Shown here one piece after another: positions 25,839-39,548 of a stretch of 64,000 nucleotides of DNA. Below the pieces are notes generated by a model. That model saw nothing but the letters and a program-made list of their open reading frames with translations. It did not search any database and was not told the origin of the DNA. This stretch comes from Squalus acanthias. Taxonomy: Eukaryota. The first letter of the stretch is position 1. Each line of letters starts with the position of its first letter. The position numbers and the translations under genes were made by a program. The stretch spans positions 150,166,001 to 150,230,000 of the forward strand of contig CM059432.1 in the NCBI GenBank assembly GCA_030390025.1. Direction: 5' to 3'.

Positions 25839-28800
25839 CTAACAACAAAATATTCAAGAAATAAGATCAGAACTTTTTATTTAATATTAATGCACAATCC
25901 ACTTATATTCATGCAATAAAGTTTTTGATTTTCAATAGATCTGGAATTAACAATTAGTAACACAAGTTTCATTAATCACATCCTTCCCAAAGGATTTCAC
26001 TGGCATTCTGAACTTGCCGAGTCTAAAACTGTATCATTACCTCATGATGCAGAGGAATAAAACATGAACTGTTGGCACTCCTATTTCAAAGGCATTCATT
26101 TAACTCTTTCTGGCCTGAGCTGAAACTGAGCATTATTTTTATTAAAGTTATTCATAAATTTTCAGTTCTTAAAGTATCATTCTTGCTTTCTGCAGGAAAT
26201 CAGACAGTCAGCACCACTGTGTGCAGGTTCTGGCTGCTGATGTTGCAGTTTTAACAAGATAGTAACTAAACAGCAGCCAATTGCATTAATATATTCTTCA
26301 GCTTTATATAATGTTTTGTAATGACATGTTACCTGGCACATTTTACCTCTGTGACAGAAACAGACATTTTTAGCTATATTTCATGTGATTTAAAAACAGC
26401 TAGATTCAAAATGCTCTCTTTGTTAAGCTTCAAAATGGAAGGCAGGGGATAATTAATCTGCTAATAATAAGCCAATGCCTTGTGTTAATTAATTATGAAG
26501 TTCCTTTGATGGGTGATGTTGAAATATTAACACACCCAGTCTGACAGATGAAATTGATGAGGTGTTAAGCACAGTCTCAGAAAAATATGAAGGAAGACAC
26601 TAATTTCAAGCCTTTAGCACTTTGCCTAGAAAGGTGTGACAATTGTTAACATTTTGATTGCTGAACTACTGCTAAGAAATTGTTTGATCTTCAATAAAAA
26701 AGATAGCCTTATAATCCAGGGGCTCTCTTGTCATGCACAGGTTAGATTAAAATATCCCCGTGTTTCTAAGAACATGCTGAGAGGAGCTGCGAGACATATG
26801 GATACTGACTTTTGTGGAGTCTTGGTCTGTATACAGTGATCTAGCAGTGTCAGCTTTGGAGACAATGGGAGAATGCACACGGCATTCCACACATTGTTAA
26901 ATATTCTTCAATTAGCATTTTACTATAATTTGAAACTCAAACTAAGTAGAGAATAAAGGCGCTAGTTTTGGTGTGAAGCAAGCAAGAGTTTTTGCCCTGT
27001 GACAAATGAGGATATTTTTCTTTATTTCCTGCAGTAACATAAAGTAGCTAGACCTAAACTGAAAGTGATCTTCAATTACTCAAAGTTCAACTTGAAAGTC
27101 AGGAAACATGGGGGTAGATTTTCAACCAGCTGCCTGGGAGTGTGTGTGTGTGTTGGGGGGGGTTTGCGGTTGCGATAAAAGTGCCATTGCAAATTGGCCA
27201 CCCATTATAGATATCTCCCAATTTTCCGTGGAAATGAAAACTGTCTACTTTCTATAATAGGTGGCTGATCTTTTTTTGATCTGCAACGCCATTGTTATGC
27301 CCAGGTGACAAGTTGAAAATCGAGCTGATCGTGTTCTACAGGACAAGTTGATCATGCTGGCAATTAGTCAGGATACAGGGCCTTTGTGCTTGGTGTTAAT
27401 TAAACTATACATGGTCAAAGCATTAGCAGAAAAGTGAGACCTGAACACTAATATGAAAGCCTACTTATGAGCATGCGATGTAATATTCCTTACTATTGCG
27501 TCATTAATCAAGGATGATTTACAGCTATGACTTCAGAGGCTTTTGGACTGTTTAAAATTTGGGAAATTTTCCCACAGCTTTCAGTTCTGGGTGGATATCC
27601 GAACTCTGGGAGAGTACTGGATATTTGCATCATACACATATAATAGCTTATCATGAGGGTCTACAGAAGACTGTTTTATCTAAAAGTTGTTCGCTTCTCT
27701 GGCTGTGTAAGAAATATGTTCCAGTCCCTGGATATTTTACAATGTTAAAGGCACTATAAAGTTGCAAGTTGTTGTTGTGGACTGACTCTACTTTTGTCTT
27801 GTTTCTATGCATTATTAGATCTGTAAGTAAATCTATTAGTTTTAACCTGTAGAGCTTGTTCTGGCAGTATGGTATTTTCCACCTTTCACCAGTGCCAGGG
27901 AATGAATGCAGCGTTCAACACAACAAATGAAGGTAATTGTTAATATTGAGCATGCTATCTCCCATGCAGGATATATAAAAGGGGTCAGGTTTTTGGACCT
28001 TTGGTCTGCTCACCAAACCATGAAGACAAGTGCACTGGGGAAAGCCCAAGCTGTATTATCAAGTTATCTGATAAAATCTTGTTAAGTAGAGCAATGCAGT
28101 TTCATAATGTTGACAAAGTACCTAATTTGGAAATCAATTTACAGACCTTACTTAGTACTTTGGTAGGACACCATTTCATGCAATGCACTGTGGCAACTTA
28201 GAAATAAGTCTTTTTGATACACTAGCAATGGCATTAGTGCTGTGTGAGATATTCTTGTACACAAATCATAGTATTTAATGATCTGAAAAACTGTCAAAAA
28301 AATCAGCAGTTATTTTAATGTCAGTTACTTAAAGGTTGCATATGTTAGTTTTAAAAGGAGAAAATTTGTAGGAATAATGAAACCAAAAGCAGGATTTTTC
28401 ATTGCATCGATAAACTTAGCTTGTTTTAAGATTTAATGCAATTTTAGACCTGCCATTCATTTTCAAGGATGTGGATCTAATTCATCTTGGTGAATTGGGA
28501 ATGTTACAAGATTTAGGCATCTATCTGGCAGAATGGAACAGGGTCATGGCTGCTTGCTTAACAGTAGATTGAGAATTAATAATCACAATAAGGAAATTGG
28601 GGCAGGGGCAAGAGTTATTCTCTGTATAAGGTCAAAATATACTACTACATTGTAAGCTTGGTTATTTGTAGTTAACCATCACAGCATTTAAACATGCAAC
28701 ACATCACATTTTGCTTTTTCAAGCAATTATTATACAAAACCCACAGTGGCATGTCTTGCTTGTACAGTTTTTCTAACTCTCTAAACAAATTGAAAACTTA

Positions 28801-28852
28801 TTTAGGTTGGAAGAGCAACTGAAAGACATCAGAACTGCTAGTGACAACCTAC

Positions 28853-29004
28853 TTGGTAAGAAGACATGGCTGGATATTGGACCATCACACCTGGCACCTG
28901 ATTTCCCTGCTGGTTGTTCAACAGGTTCTGACTCTGGGGCGGCTGCTGCACTCCCATCAGGCCTTGAAACCCTTGCTGCTGATTAGGCAAGACAGGCTGA
29001 AAAC
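28853..29004 (-). CDS. ARPP21: ARPP21 penultimate coding exon (152 nt)
   Basis: Acceptor ctctttccccttccag and donor CAA|gtaggt. Reads (G)FQPVLPNQQQGFQGLMGVQQPPQSQNLLNNQQGNQVPGVMVQYPAMSSYQ and splices in frame (phase 0) to the last exon. Matches recalled human GYQPVLSGQQGFQGLIGVQQPPQSQNVINNQQG...MSSYQ. Confidence 0.95.
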
Positions 29005-29902
29005 CTGGAAGGGGAAAGAGTCGGGCACGTTATTCATCTTTGAACGCAACCTCTTCTTCCGAAGCTCATTACAAGCTCAGCATTGTGAAGTTACAAACAC
29101 ATATTATTATTATTATTAATACATATTATTTTGCCTGACAAGGAAAGACTTGGGTGTAAATATATAGGAAAAAAAACAGCTACAGTAGTAATCAAACTGT
29201 CTGAAGATAATAGCAATTAAAACAATAATGGTGCATTCAAGATGCCTTACACTCAGAATATCTCTGCCAAAGACGATCATAATTAAATGTATGTGCCCCT
29301 AATTAACCCATTAACACCTCATGCAAAAGTATATTCACTGATCAGGTCTAAATTTAATGACACTTTAGGAGAATCCTCAGAGGACAGGGGTAAAAGCCTC
29401 TAGCGGACTATCCCAATGCCCACTGATTGAATATTCCTAATGTGATTTTGTACCTTGAATATCTCTGGGTTCATTCAGTTACAGACACTCTGGAGTGGAT
29501 TGCAGTCTATAAGCTGATTTATTGGGGCCTTTGATTAGTTGGAGAATCAGTGTCCAGTTACCTTGTGTGGCTAAACAACCAGCGCCACAAAACTACACTA
29601 TGACACAGTTTTGTAGATCAAATTAATCATCAGAATAATTCAATTTCATAATAAACTGGGTGGGGGAAGGGGAAATATAATGTACAATAGCTTCAGTGAT
29701 TAAAATTCAAGAGCATACTTTAATAAAGCAGAGGGTTGATGAATGTACAACCGTGGTGCTTTATAAACAATTTGATTATTTGAAAGGTAAAGTATTTAAT
29801 GAGTGTTTTTCTTTGTTACTCAGCACATTTAGGGAAATTCTTTCACTACTGGTGCTGCTATTACAAATATTGCTAATATACTTGAATCCAAACGCTTATT
29901 TT

Positions 29903-30420
29903 GGGTGAATTTTTCTGCTCAAACTCTCCCAGATCAGATCTACGGGTAAAAATTGGAACTTGTGCCTGTTTTACGGGTGTAACAAGGGAAAGTTTCAGGA
30001 AGCAACGTTCCTCGCTGATCCGTGCCAGGGGTTCGGGTGCCATTACATTGGCACAGGTAGCTGCCCAGGCGCCTGTCTGAAACATTGGACCTTTACATAT
30101 GCAAATGAGGGGCCTAATGCCAATTTCAGGACCCGGCACTAAATTGGTGAGCGATGAGCAGAACAGGCTTCTTTAGTCGTTGTTGCAGCCTTAGCAGTGA
30201 CCACCACCAAAAAGTTTAAAAAAAACACATTCCTGTGGAGCGCTTCTCCCGGCTGCACAGCACTCCCGAGGTTTTCTGCCGGCCCACCTCCTGTTGTCCT
30301 ACACCCTCTGGAACTTACCTGAAGGCAAGGTAGGCAGCCCGAAATTAGAATTCTGGCAATGGGTGAGCTCCCACTGGAGTTGTTATAGGAGCCAGACAAA
30401 TGATTGAAATGAGGTCAGAA
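29903..30420. mobile_element. Degraded Harbinger-like MITE
   Basis: gggtgaatttt TIR-like start and GC-richer interior; right end not defined. Confidence 0.4.
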
Positions 30421-31139
30421 CCAACTTTTACCTCGTAGTGTGGCTAGATGTGTAAAAAAACCCTCCCTTTGCATTGCTGCAATATTGTACCCTAACCCAT
30501 CGCTTACTGCACCAATGTGAGATTTCCCATACCACCTTTCCTCTGCCCGTTATGAACAAGATTGACAATTTAGTGCTAACGAGGGGTAGTTTTATGCTGT
30601 GGGTCCAGACCCAGTAGAAACTGCTCAAACTCACATAGGACCGTCAGAGCCAACAGAGGGAAAAGACTTTCATCTCATCAGAAAATATCTTTTTTTCATC
30701 CATCAAAAGGTCCAAAGTGAGATGAGCTTATTCAGTATCAACCCCATTCCTAGAAAGCCAGGGCCAACAGCACAGGCCAGAATAGGTTAGATATCTGGTT
30801 GAAGGAAAAGGGAATAAAGGGATTTGGGAAAAGGGCAGGAAATGGGATTAGGACTAGTGTTCGTGTGGAGGATAAACACGAACATGGTCTGGTTGGGCTG
30901 AACGATCCATTTCGGTGTTGTAATTTGTATGTAATGTAATTCTATGTAACTGATCATAATACAGCACTATTACTGCAACTTCCCTAGTCGAGGCCATAAA
31001 GATGACATAAAGGTTGAAACATTTACACTGATATAAGTGATGGGTACTTTTCTGATGTTTGGGTTAAAAACTATTGTGGAGATGCATGTGGGGATTGGCC
31101 ATTATCTGAGATGGGAGTTCACATGCTGACACACTGATG

Positions 31140-31910
31140 AGAATTTCCCGGGGGGTCAGCGGGTGCGATCGGTGGCGGGTCGGGTGGGAAAGTGTTGTGT
31201 TTGACAGCGGGTCGGGAATCCGCTGTCAACCTGCCGCCATACGCCGCCGTTACCAAATGTCGGGTCTGTCAGCGCTGAGCAGACCCGACACGCAGCGGCG
31301 GGGAGGCAATTCAGGTCATTATGACCTTGTTAACAGAGGATTTTGGGCTCACCTTTAGAATTTACCAGCTCGCTCACGGGGTCCACGCTGCTCGGGGATC
31401 ACGCCTGTTAAGCTGGGCGGGAGTTGAATGGCCATGGAATCATCTCATTACTTGACAGCTTGAAATGGGCTATAAAAGCTCCCATCTCACAGCTGTTTAC
31501 TTTCCAAGCTCAGAAGCTGTTGCTTACTGCATTTGGAAGACAGATTGAGCTTTATGCAGGTTGCAAGTGTTTGGAGCAAACTCTTTATCCAGTGTCACCT
31601 CATTGGAACAACCTCTCTCACCATTGACAGATCGCTTCTGTCATCTCAACCCAACCTGCCATCTAGTCCATCAGCATCGGTACGATTTATACTCTCTCAC
31701 CTTGGTCCTCAGAATCCCACCATGATCAGCCCCAACACCGGCATCACCAGGCACACCAGCAACCACACCAACCTTCTCTGCAATCACCTTCCTTCCTGGA
31801 GCGCAAACCCCGAATGTTTTTAAAAGTTGAAAAACATTAGTGCCTGGCGCTAATTTTTTCAACTTTTAAAAGTTAGTGCCCCAAATGGGGCGATACCGAA
31901 TTTCTCCCCC
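31140..31910. mobile_element. Harbinger deletion derivative/composite
   Basis: Right end gggcgataccgaatttctccccc is the reverse complement of the TIR family at 674 and 34631; GC-rich left end. Confidence 0.6.
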
Positions 31911-32059
31911 AAAGTGTTCTTGTTGCACTAAAATCCTTTGAATTATCCAATAATTTGAATTAAGCAAATTTAAATGAAAAGGAGTAGAGTGCAGTACTCT
32001 ACTCAGAAACTTAGTCCACCTTTAGTTATTGTTGTGTTGTTCTATGTTCTGGAGTTATA

Positions 32060-32490
32060 CACAACAACTTGTATTTATACAATGCCTTTTAACGTAGTAA
32101 AATGTGCCAAGGCGCTTCACCTGAGCATTATCAAACAAAATGTGACACCGAGCCACATGAGGAGATATTAGGACAGGCAAAGAGGTAAGTTTTCAGGAGC
32201 GTATTAAAGGAGAGGGAAGTAGAGAGGTAGACAGGTTTAGGGAGGGAATTCCAGAGCTTAGGGCCAAATGTGGCTGAAGGCACGGCTGCCAATGGTGGAG
32301 CGATGAAAATAAGGGATGCGCAAGAGGCCAGAATTGGAAGAGCGCAGAGATCTCGAATGGTTGTAGGGATGGAGGAGGTTACAGAGATAGGGAGTGGCAA
32401 GGGCATGGAGGGATTTGAAAACAAGGATGAGAATTTTAAAACTGAGGCGTTGCTGGACCGGTGTAGGTCAGCGAGCAAGGGCCTCTGATT
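32060..32490 (-). mobile_element. L2 3' fragment
   Basis: GPKLWNSLPKP...LLKTYLF, homologous to 8770-9205. Confidence 0.85.
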
Positions 32491-34630
32491 ATTGATGGTG
32501 TAATGTTTGTCACATGCAAGTGAGTTAATCAATATTCTAGAGGATAGCAATTTGATATATTTTTATGGCTCCACCCTTAGATCTTCTTCATCTATCAACA
32601 CTATTGCCACTTACTCTTTCTTCTGATCTCAAGTGGAATTCCAACACCTTCTCCATTGCTAAGGCTGCCTCCAAGATGCATGGATTTCTGTTGTATCTCT
32701 CAACAACTTTCTGTATACTTAATAAACCCAAGAATGAATACTGCTCCTATTTCTTGGAAAACTCTTGTAGTACGACTCTCATACAACTGACAGGACACAG
32801 GAAAAAGCTTCATTTCGATAGGTGATCCTTCACTTCTAGCCTGCAAGCTTTCTTACCCTTTCTGGCCTTTCTCTATTTTACTGATAATACCATAATGAGT
32901 AAAAAAAAGGCCATCAAGTGTCCATGCTATTTTCCTGATTACAAGCCTCATGGATTGCTCACACAGGCTATGCACACTACCATGACTGGTGACCCTAGTA
33001 TCCCCCTTCACTCTTCTAGTGATTACCCTCATTCTGTGCTCCATTGTCTCCAATTTTCCAGCAGTAAAAACAATCTTTCATTGTTTACCCTCAAAACCTT
33101 TCAGAATCTTGAAAATTTCTATTAGGTCCATCCTTAACTCTGTCCCAGTGAGAAAAGGCCCAATTTTTTAAGCCCTTCTTTATGATGACTACTTATACCC
33201 AGTATTATTCTAGTAAATATTCATTGTACCTTTCCATGACTCTAATATCCTTCCTATGGGATGTCTAAAACTGTACTCAGTGCTCCAACCAACGTCTTGT
33301 ACATATTCAACATCACTTCCTTGCTTTTAAATTCAGTGACGCTATGTATAAAATTGGGCCAGCCAGCTTCTGTGCCTAAAGGCATGGACGAACCTGCACA
33401 TTGGACAAACTCAACCCCATTTTTCCTGCACTCAGAAGATTGTGGTCTATATGTACACATGTACACTCTTTGGCTGGTACACATCTTAACAAAAGAATAT
33501 GTGCTCCAAAGTTAAGTATAACTGATTATAAATTCTAGCGAAAGGATAATTATTTCATACCTTGCATTAACAATATTTATTTTCTTTGTTAAAGAAGCTA
33601 GTCTTATTAATTTATAGAATGCAATGCTGCATTTAAAAGTATATTTATAAATAACACTGTCTACAGTACCTGATAAAGTGGTTTAATACAGGATGGAAAT
33701 ATTTATTATGCAGCATATCTTTGAACAAAACGGCCACATATAGTGTAATTTCTAAAGAAATTTACAAAGTTGTTGAATAATAAATTCTAACTAAGCTGAT
33801 TATTACATCTGCCTTTCCAAGTTTAAAAAAACTTTGTCATTATAGTAGAGGATTTGCTCTTGAAAAGCTTTCATGGGACCAGACTCTATTTCTGACCACA
33901 TTTAGAATTCAATACTTGATCAGACAACAACCCGATGAGATAAAAAAAGTCACACATTTGCCAAAATAACATCCCCATCCTTCATTAGCTATCACACTAC
34001 ATAAAGGATAACCTATAAAAGCCTACTTAAGGTCTCTTGAGGAGAGATATAAATGGAAGATACTTTTAATGGTTTTAATGAGCTGTTCTGTTACTGCAAG
34101 CACCGTGGCCTCTTTTTACTACTATCATCTTATTCTGCCAGTTTGCATCTTTCCCTATAGAGGGCAATTTTCACGCAAGTTCAACAAGCATCCTTAGGTG
34201 TCTGAAAGCTGCAATTCTGCAGTGAATGTGAATTCATATACTCTACAATAAAATCACACCATGGATTCAGTCTGAAAAGCATTATTAGGGTGTCAGGGTT
34301 CCTTCTTCAATTCTAACCCTCACTCTCTTTTGTGTTCTCTCTTTGATTTGCGGCCTGGAGTTTCTGCTAGGTTGTGCTGTTTTTTTACAGCGTATTTCAC
34401 CAGAAATTGGCCAAACCAGCGCAAAAGTTCGTGGAGTTACATTCAGAGCAAATTGAGTTTCTGAGATCTTTTGCGCTAGTTTAAAAATACTGTGCTGGAA
34501 GTTGGCTCCGCCCACAAAACTGGTCGCGCTCCTAGATCGAATTAATCACCATGCCGAGTTTCCGCTAATTGCGCCTGTTTGCAGACCTTCGAGGAGGCTC
34601 TTCAATTAAGCTTTTTTTTTAAGGAGCAAG

Positions 34631-35397
34631 GAGGGAGAAATTCGGTATAGCCCCATTTGGGGCGCTAAAACTTTAAAGGTTGAAAAATTAGCGCCAGGCG
34701 CTAATCATTCTCGCCTCCCACGAAATTCAATTTTAGTGCTCCAAGAGGGAAGTGGAGCGAAATCAAGCGCTAACCACTTCTCTTAGGGCGCTAAGGTTTG
34801 AGAGCAGGGCGGTAGCAGCAGAGTGCTAAACAATTTCGAGCACATTGTAATAGGCACTCTTTAATCACAGAGGCTGCTTCCCTCGCTTAAAGGGAAGGGC
34901 CAATGATGCTGCACAAGCTAGTTATCGTCGGTTCTGTTTTGCAAGGTGACCTGGGCGACTGCCATTACAGCCCCAAACACTCTCACAAAGTGGAGGGCTC
35001 GGACATCTCGCACCAATGAAACATTAAAAACTTTGTGCAGGCACCAGACTGGTGCAAATAATAAAGGTTGCGCGAGCTGAAAAGCATTCCCTTTAATTAC
35101 CGCTCCCGAAGCGGCCAGCCGAGGTCACAACGCCTCCTCTTGCTGGCGTTGTCGGCGCGAGGCGATAAAGCCGGGGGCGAGAGTCAATTTACCATCTGGG
35201 GCGATAACGGGCCGCTGCGCACTTTATGACGTCACGATCTGCGAGGCGCTAGAGGCTCAGGCGCTAAGAGTTAACGCCAGCGCTAAACCGGCACTGAAGT
35301 GCAAGGGCGTCGCTGCATTCGCCGCACCCGGGCGCTAACCCCTTAGCGCCCCCGCCAGGCGCTAATGGGAGGCGCTAACATACCGAATTTCGCGGCC
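34631..35397. mobile_element. Harbinger-type MITE nested in an older MITE-like repeat (~34352-35925)
   Basis: TIRs gagggagaaattcggta / taccgaatttcgcggcc; TSD AAG (34628-34630, 35398-35400). Confidence 0.85.
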
Positions 35398-38300
35398 AAG
35401 GAGACTAATAGGCACCTTTTATAAGCTTTTGAATACATATTTTTTTAATTTACTAAGAAACTGACTACTCTACACCAACATAACTCGCAAATGCTTTTGT
35501 ATAGTTTTTTTAAAAATCCTCTTCAGTTATTTAAAATCGGGTTACTCACAGGTGGTGGACTAGACACTCTGATGTAAACTGCTTATTTTTTGTGATAAAC
35601 CCATTTTCAGCTGTATTAATCAAACTGCACCAAGTTACCACTCTTAAATATATCAAGAAATATTTTTTAAAGCAAAATTTTTCTTTTTTAAAAATTATTT
35701 TAAAACGCTGCCTCTTTACACTGGCTCATGGCAGCTTTTACATTCAGTGATATGCAAATGAGCATGAGTGGAAACTTGAGGAAAAAACACTTCTCAAAAC
35801 TAGGGCAACTTTGGTGAGCAGCCCGAACTGAGAGAGATATGGTGGTCACCAAAGTAGCTTCAGGGATCATTGCACAAAAAGGTTGAATCGCACCTGCAGC
35901 CAAAGTAAGAATCAAAAGCCCCAAATTCTTCCTCGTCCCTGTGAGTGTTCAGAGTGGGGCAGAATCCTGTTCTGTCAGATTCCATCTAGTGGGGAGGTTG
36001 TCGTCAAATTCCAGTTGGGAGGGGGGAGGCGTGGGCAGATCATCCACTTGCTATCCTCACATCAAGGGGGCATGCCTGAGGAAGTTCCTAGGCTATCCCA
36101 AGAAGCTCTGCTTAGTCTGCCACCTGAAAAGCCCAGTAGAGCCCACGTCTGCCAAGAGAAGGTAATGGGCCGAGTAAAGGCTTTAGGGGAAAAGAAATTG
36201 GTTCTGATGGGGACCTTGTAGAGCCAGGCTGAGAGGTGCTTTGTGAGCTGAAGGGTTGTGCAGCTGTTCTACTGTCAGGCCTCCTGTATCAGAGTAACAT
36301 GGAACTTCTTCGACATTCCAGGCCTCTGTCAGGTTGGGGGCTGCTCATATGTTTTACACCCGGCCCGATTTTCTTTTCCATTCTCTTCAAAGGAAGAGAA
36401 AGACCAATTTCACCCCCCATAATGTTAGGATTGAGGACAAGCCAACTGAATCACATTAAAATGGATGACTTCCTTTTCTGAGCAGTTTGTGTATTTGTTC
36501 TGTGGATATGAATAAAAAGACATAATTTAATTAAAGAGATCTTATTTGCATGAAAGTAAAGTTGTTCTGCATTTTTCTTGAAATCTTACTGAGTAAACTC
36601 ATGTTGGCTCATCAATTGTGTCACTGGTGGAACTAAGGAAATGAACAGCACACATTTGGCAAACATTCAGGTGCATAATGAGCTCTGAGGCAAAACCTCA
36701 TGTAAACAGCTGTATTTAATTAAATGCGTAGGTTTACATGAGAAATGATGGGACACAAAGTCAATGGGGGAATTTTAACCTGGAGGAGCGTGTGGGGTTG
36801 GGTGCGGGTGGGGGGTTAAATCCAGCAAAAATGTGAGCGCGTTGGAACTCGTCAGTGAAAGCAAGGCGAGAACTTTAGAAAGGAGAAATAAAGTGCACAA
36901 AGGATTGCGAGAGACAGATAGCACTAGAGTAGGAAATAGTAAGATATCAGGTGGGGTCAGACTAAGAGAGAATACAAGAAGGTCTAAGATAGGTTTACAG
37001 TGCATGCGTGTAAACGCACAAAGTGTGGTAAATAAGGTTGGTGAGTTGCAGGCGCAAATAGCCACATGAAAGAAAGAAAAAGAACACGATGGGCCGAAGG
37101 GCCTCTATCCGTGCTGTATAACTCTAACATGGGAATATGATGTCATGGCGATAATGGAGACCTGGCTCAAAAAAGGGCAGGTTTGGGTTTTAAATAATCC
37201 TGAATATAAGCTGTTCAGGAAAGATAGGGAAGGAAAGAAAGGAGGTGGGTTGGCAGTATTGATTAAGGAGAATGTTACAGTGCTGGAGAGAGAGGATGTC
37301 CTAGAGGGGTCAAGGACAGAATCTATTTGGTTAGAGTTAAGAAATAATAGAGGTGTCATTACACTACTCGGTGTATTCTATAGGCCACCAACTAGTGGGA
37401 AAGATATAGAGGAGCAAATTTGAAGGGAAATTACAGAAAGATGGAAGAACTATAGAGTAGTGATAATGGGGGACTTCAATTATCCTAATATAGGTTGGGA
37501 CAGTAATAGTGTAAAGGGCAGAGAGGGGGAAGAATTTCTGAAGTGTGTTCAGGAGAACTTTCTTGATCAGTACGTTTCTGGCCCAATGAAGAAGGAGGGA
37601 TTGCTGGATCTGGTTCTGGGTAATGAGGTGGGTCAAGTGGAGCAAGTGTCAGTAGGGGAACATTTAGGGAACAGTGATCATAGTATCCTAAGGTTTAGAT
37701 TAGCTACGGAAAAGGAGAGGGAGCAATCTAGAGTAAAAATACTTAATTGGAGGAAGGCAAATGTCAGTGAGTTGAGAACGGATCTGGCCCGGGTAAATTA
37801 GAATCAAAGATTGGCAGGCAAAACTGTAATCGAATAATGGGCTACCTTTAAAGAGGAGATGGTTCGGGTACAGTCGAGGTACATTCCCACGAGGGAGAAA
37901 GGTAGGGCATCTAAAGCCAGAGCTCCTTGGATGATGAAAGAGATAGAGAGTAAGATGAAGCAGAAAAAAGGGCGTATGACAGATGTCAGGTTGAGAATAC
38001 AAGTGAGAATCAGGCTGAATATAGAAAGTTCAGAGGGGAAGTGAAAAAGAAAATAAGAGGGGCAAAGAGTGAGTATGAGAATAGATTGGCAGCTAACATA
38101 AAAGGGAATTCAAAAGTCTTCTATAGGCATATACTGTAAGTAGTAAATGGGTAGTACGAGGAGAGGTGGGGCCGTTAAGGAACCAAAAAGGAGACTTATG
38201 CATGGAGGCAGAGGGCATGGCTGAGGTACTAAATTAGTACTTTGCATCTGTCTTCACCAAGAAGATGTTGCCAAAGTCATAGTGAAAGAAGAGGTAGTGG

Positions 38301-39317
38301 AAATACTAGATGAGATAAAAATTGATAAAGAGGAGGTACTAGAAAGGCTGTCTGTACTTAAAGTTGATAAGTCACGAGGACCAGATGGGATGCATCCTAT
38401 GATGCTGAGGGAAGTTAAGGAGGAAATCGCGGAGGTACTGGCCATAGTCTTCCAATCCTCCTTAGATATGGGAGTGGTGCCAGAAGACTGGAGAATTGCA
38501 AATGTTACACCTTTGTTCAAAAAAGGGTGTAAGGATAAACCCAGCAACTACAGGCCAGTCAGTTTAACCTCAGTAGTGGGGAAGCTTTTAGAAACGATAA
38601 TCAGGGACAAAGTTAACAGTCACTTGGACAAGTGTGGATTAATTAAGGAAAGCCAGCACGGATTTGTTGAAGGCAAAACGTGTTGATCCAACTTAATCAA
38701 GTTTTTTGATGAGGTAACAGAGAGGGTTGATGAGGGCAATGCGGTTGACATGGTGTAGATGGATTTCCAAAAGGCGTTTGATAAAGTGCCACATAATAAG
38801 CTTGCCAGCAAAGTTGAAGCCCATGGAATAAAAGGGACAGTGGCAGCATGGATACAAAATTGGCTAAGTGACAGGAAAGCGAGAGTAGTTTTTCGGACTG
38901 GAGGAAGGTATACAGTGGTGTTCCCCAGAGGTCAGTACTAGGACCACTGGTTTTCTTGATATATATTAACGACTTGTACTTAGGTGAACAGGGCACAATT
39001 TCAAAATCTGCAGATGACACAAAACTTGGAAGCATAGTGAACAGTGAGGAGGCGAGTGATAGACTTCAAGAAGACATAGACAGGCTGGTGAAAGGGGCAG
39101 ACATGTGGCAGATGAAATTTAACGCAAAAAAGTGTGAAGTGATACATTTTGGTAGGAAGACCGAGGAGACGACAGATAAACTAAAGGGTACAATCCTAAA
39201 GGGGGTGCATGAACAGAGAGACCTGGGGGTATGTGTGCACAAATCGTTGAAGGTGGCAGGGCAGGTTGAGAAAGCAGTTAAAAAAGCATATGAGATCCTG
39301 GGCTTCATAAATAGAGG

Positions 39318-39530
39318 TCATGATGCGGAGATGCCGGTGTTGGACTGGGGTGGACAAAATTGAGAGGTCGCACCACACCAGGTTATAGTCCAACAGTTTT
39401 ATTTGAAATCACAAGCTTTCGGAGCTTACTACTCCTTCGTCGGGTGCGACGAAGGAGTAGTAAGCTCCGAAAGCTTGTGATTTCAAATAAAACTGTTGGA
39501 CTATAACCTGGTGTGGTGCGACCTCTCAAT
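39318..39530. mobile_element. Penelope-like (family 2) inverted terminal-repeat insert; perfect ~86-bp-arm palindrome
   Basis: Arms 39357-39442 and 39447-39532 are exact reverse complements around loop ggtg. Flanked by ttcataaatagagg at 39304-39317 and 39531-39544. The hammerhead core is degenerate here (CCGACGA). Confidence 0.8.
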
Positions 39531-39548
39531 TTCATAAATAGAGGCATA

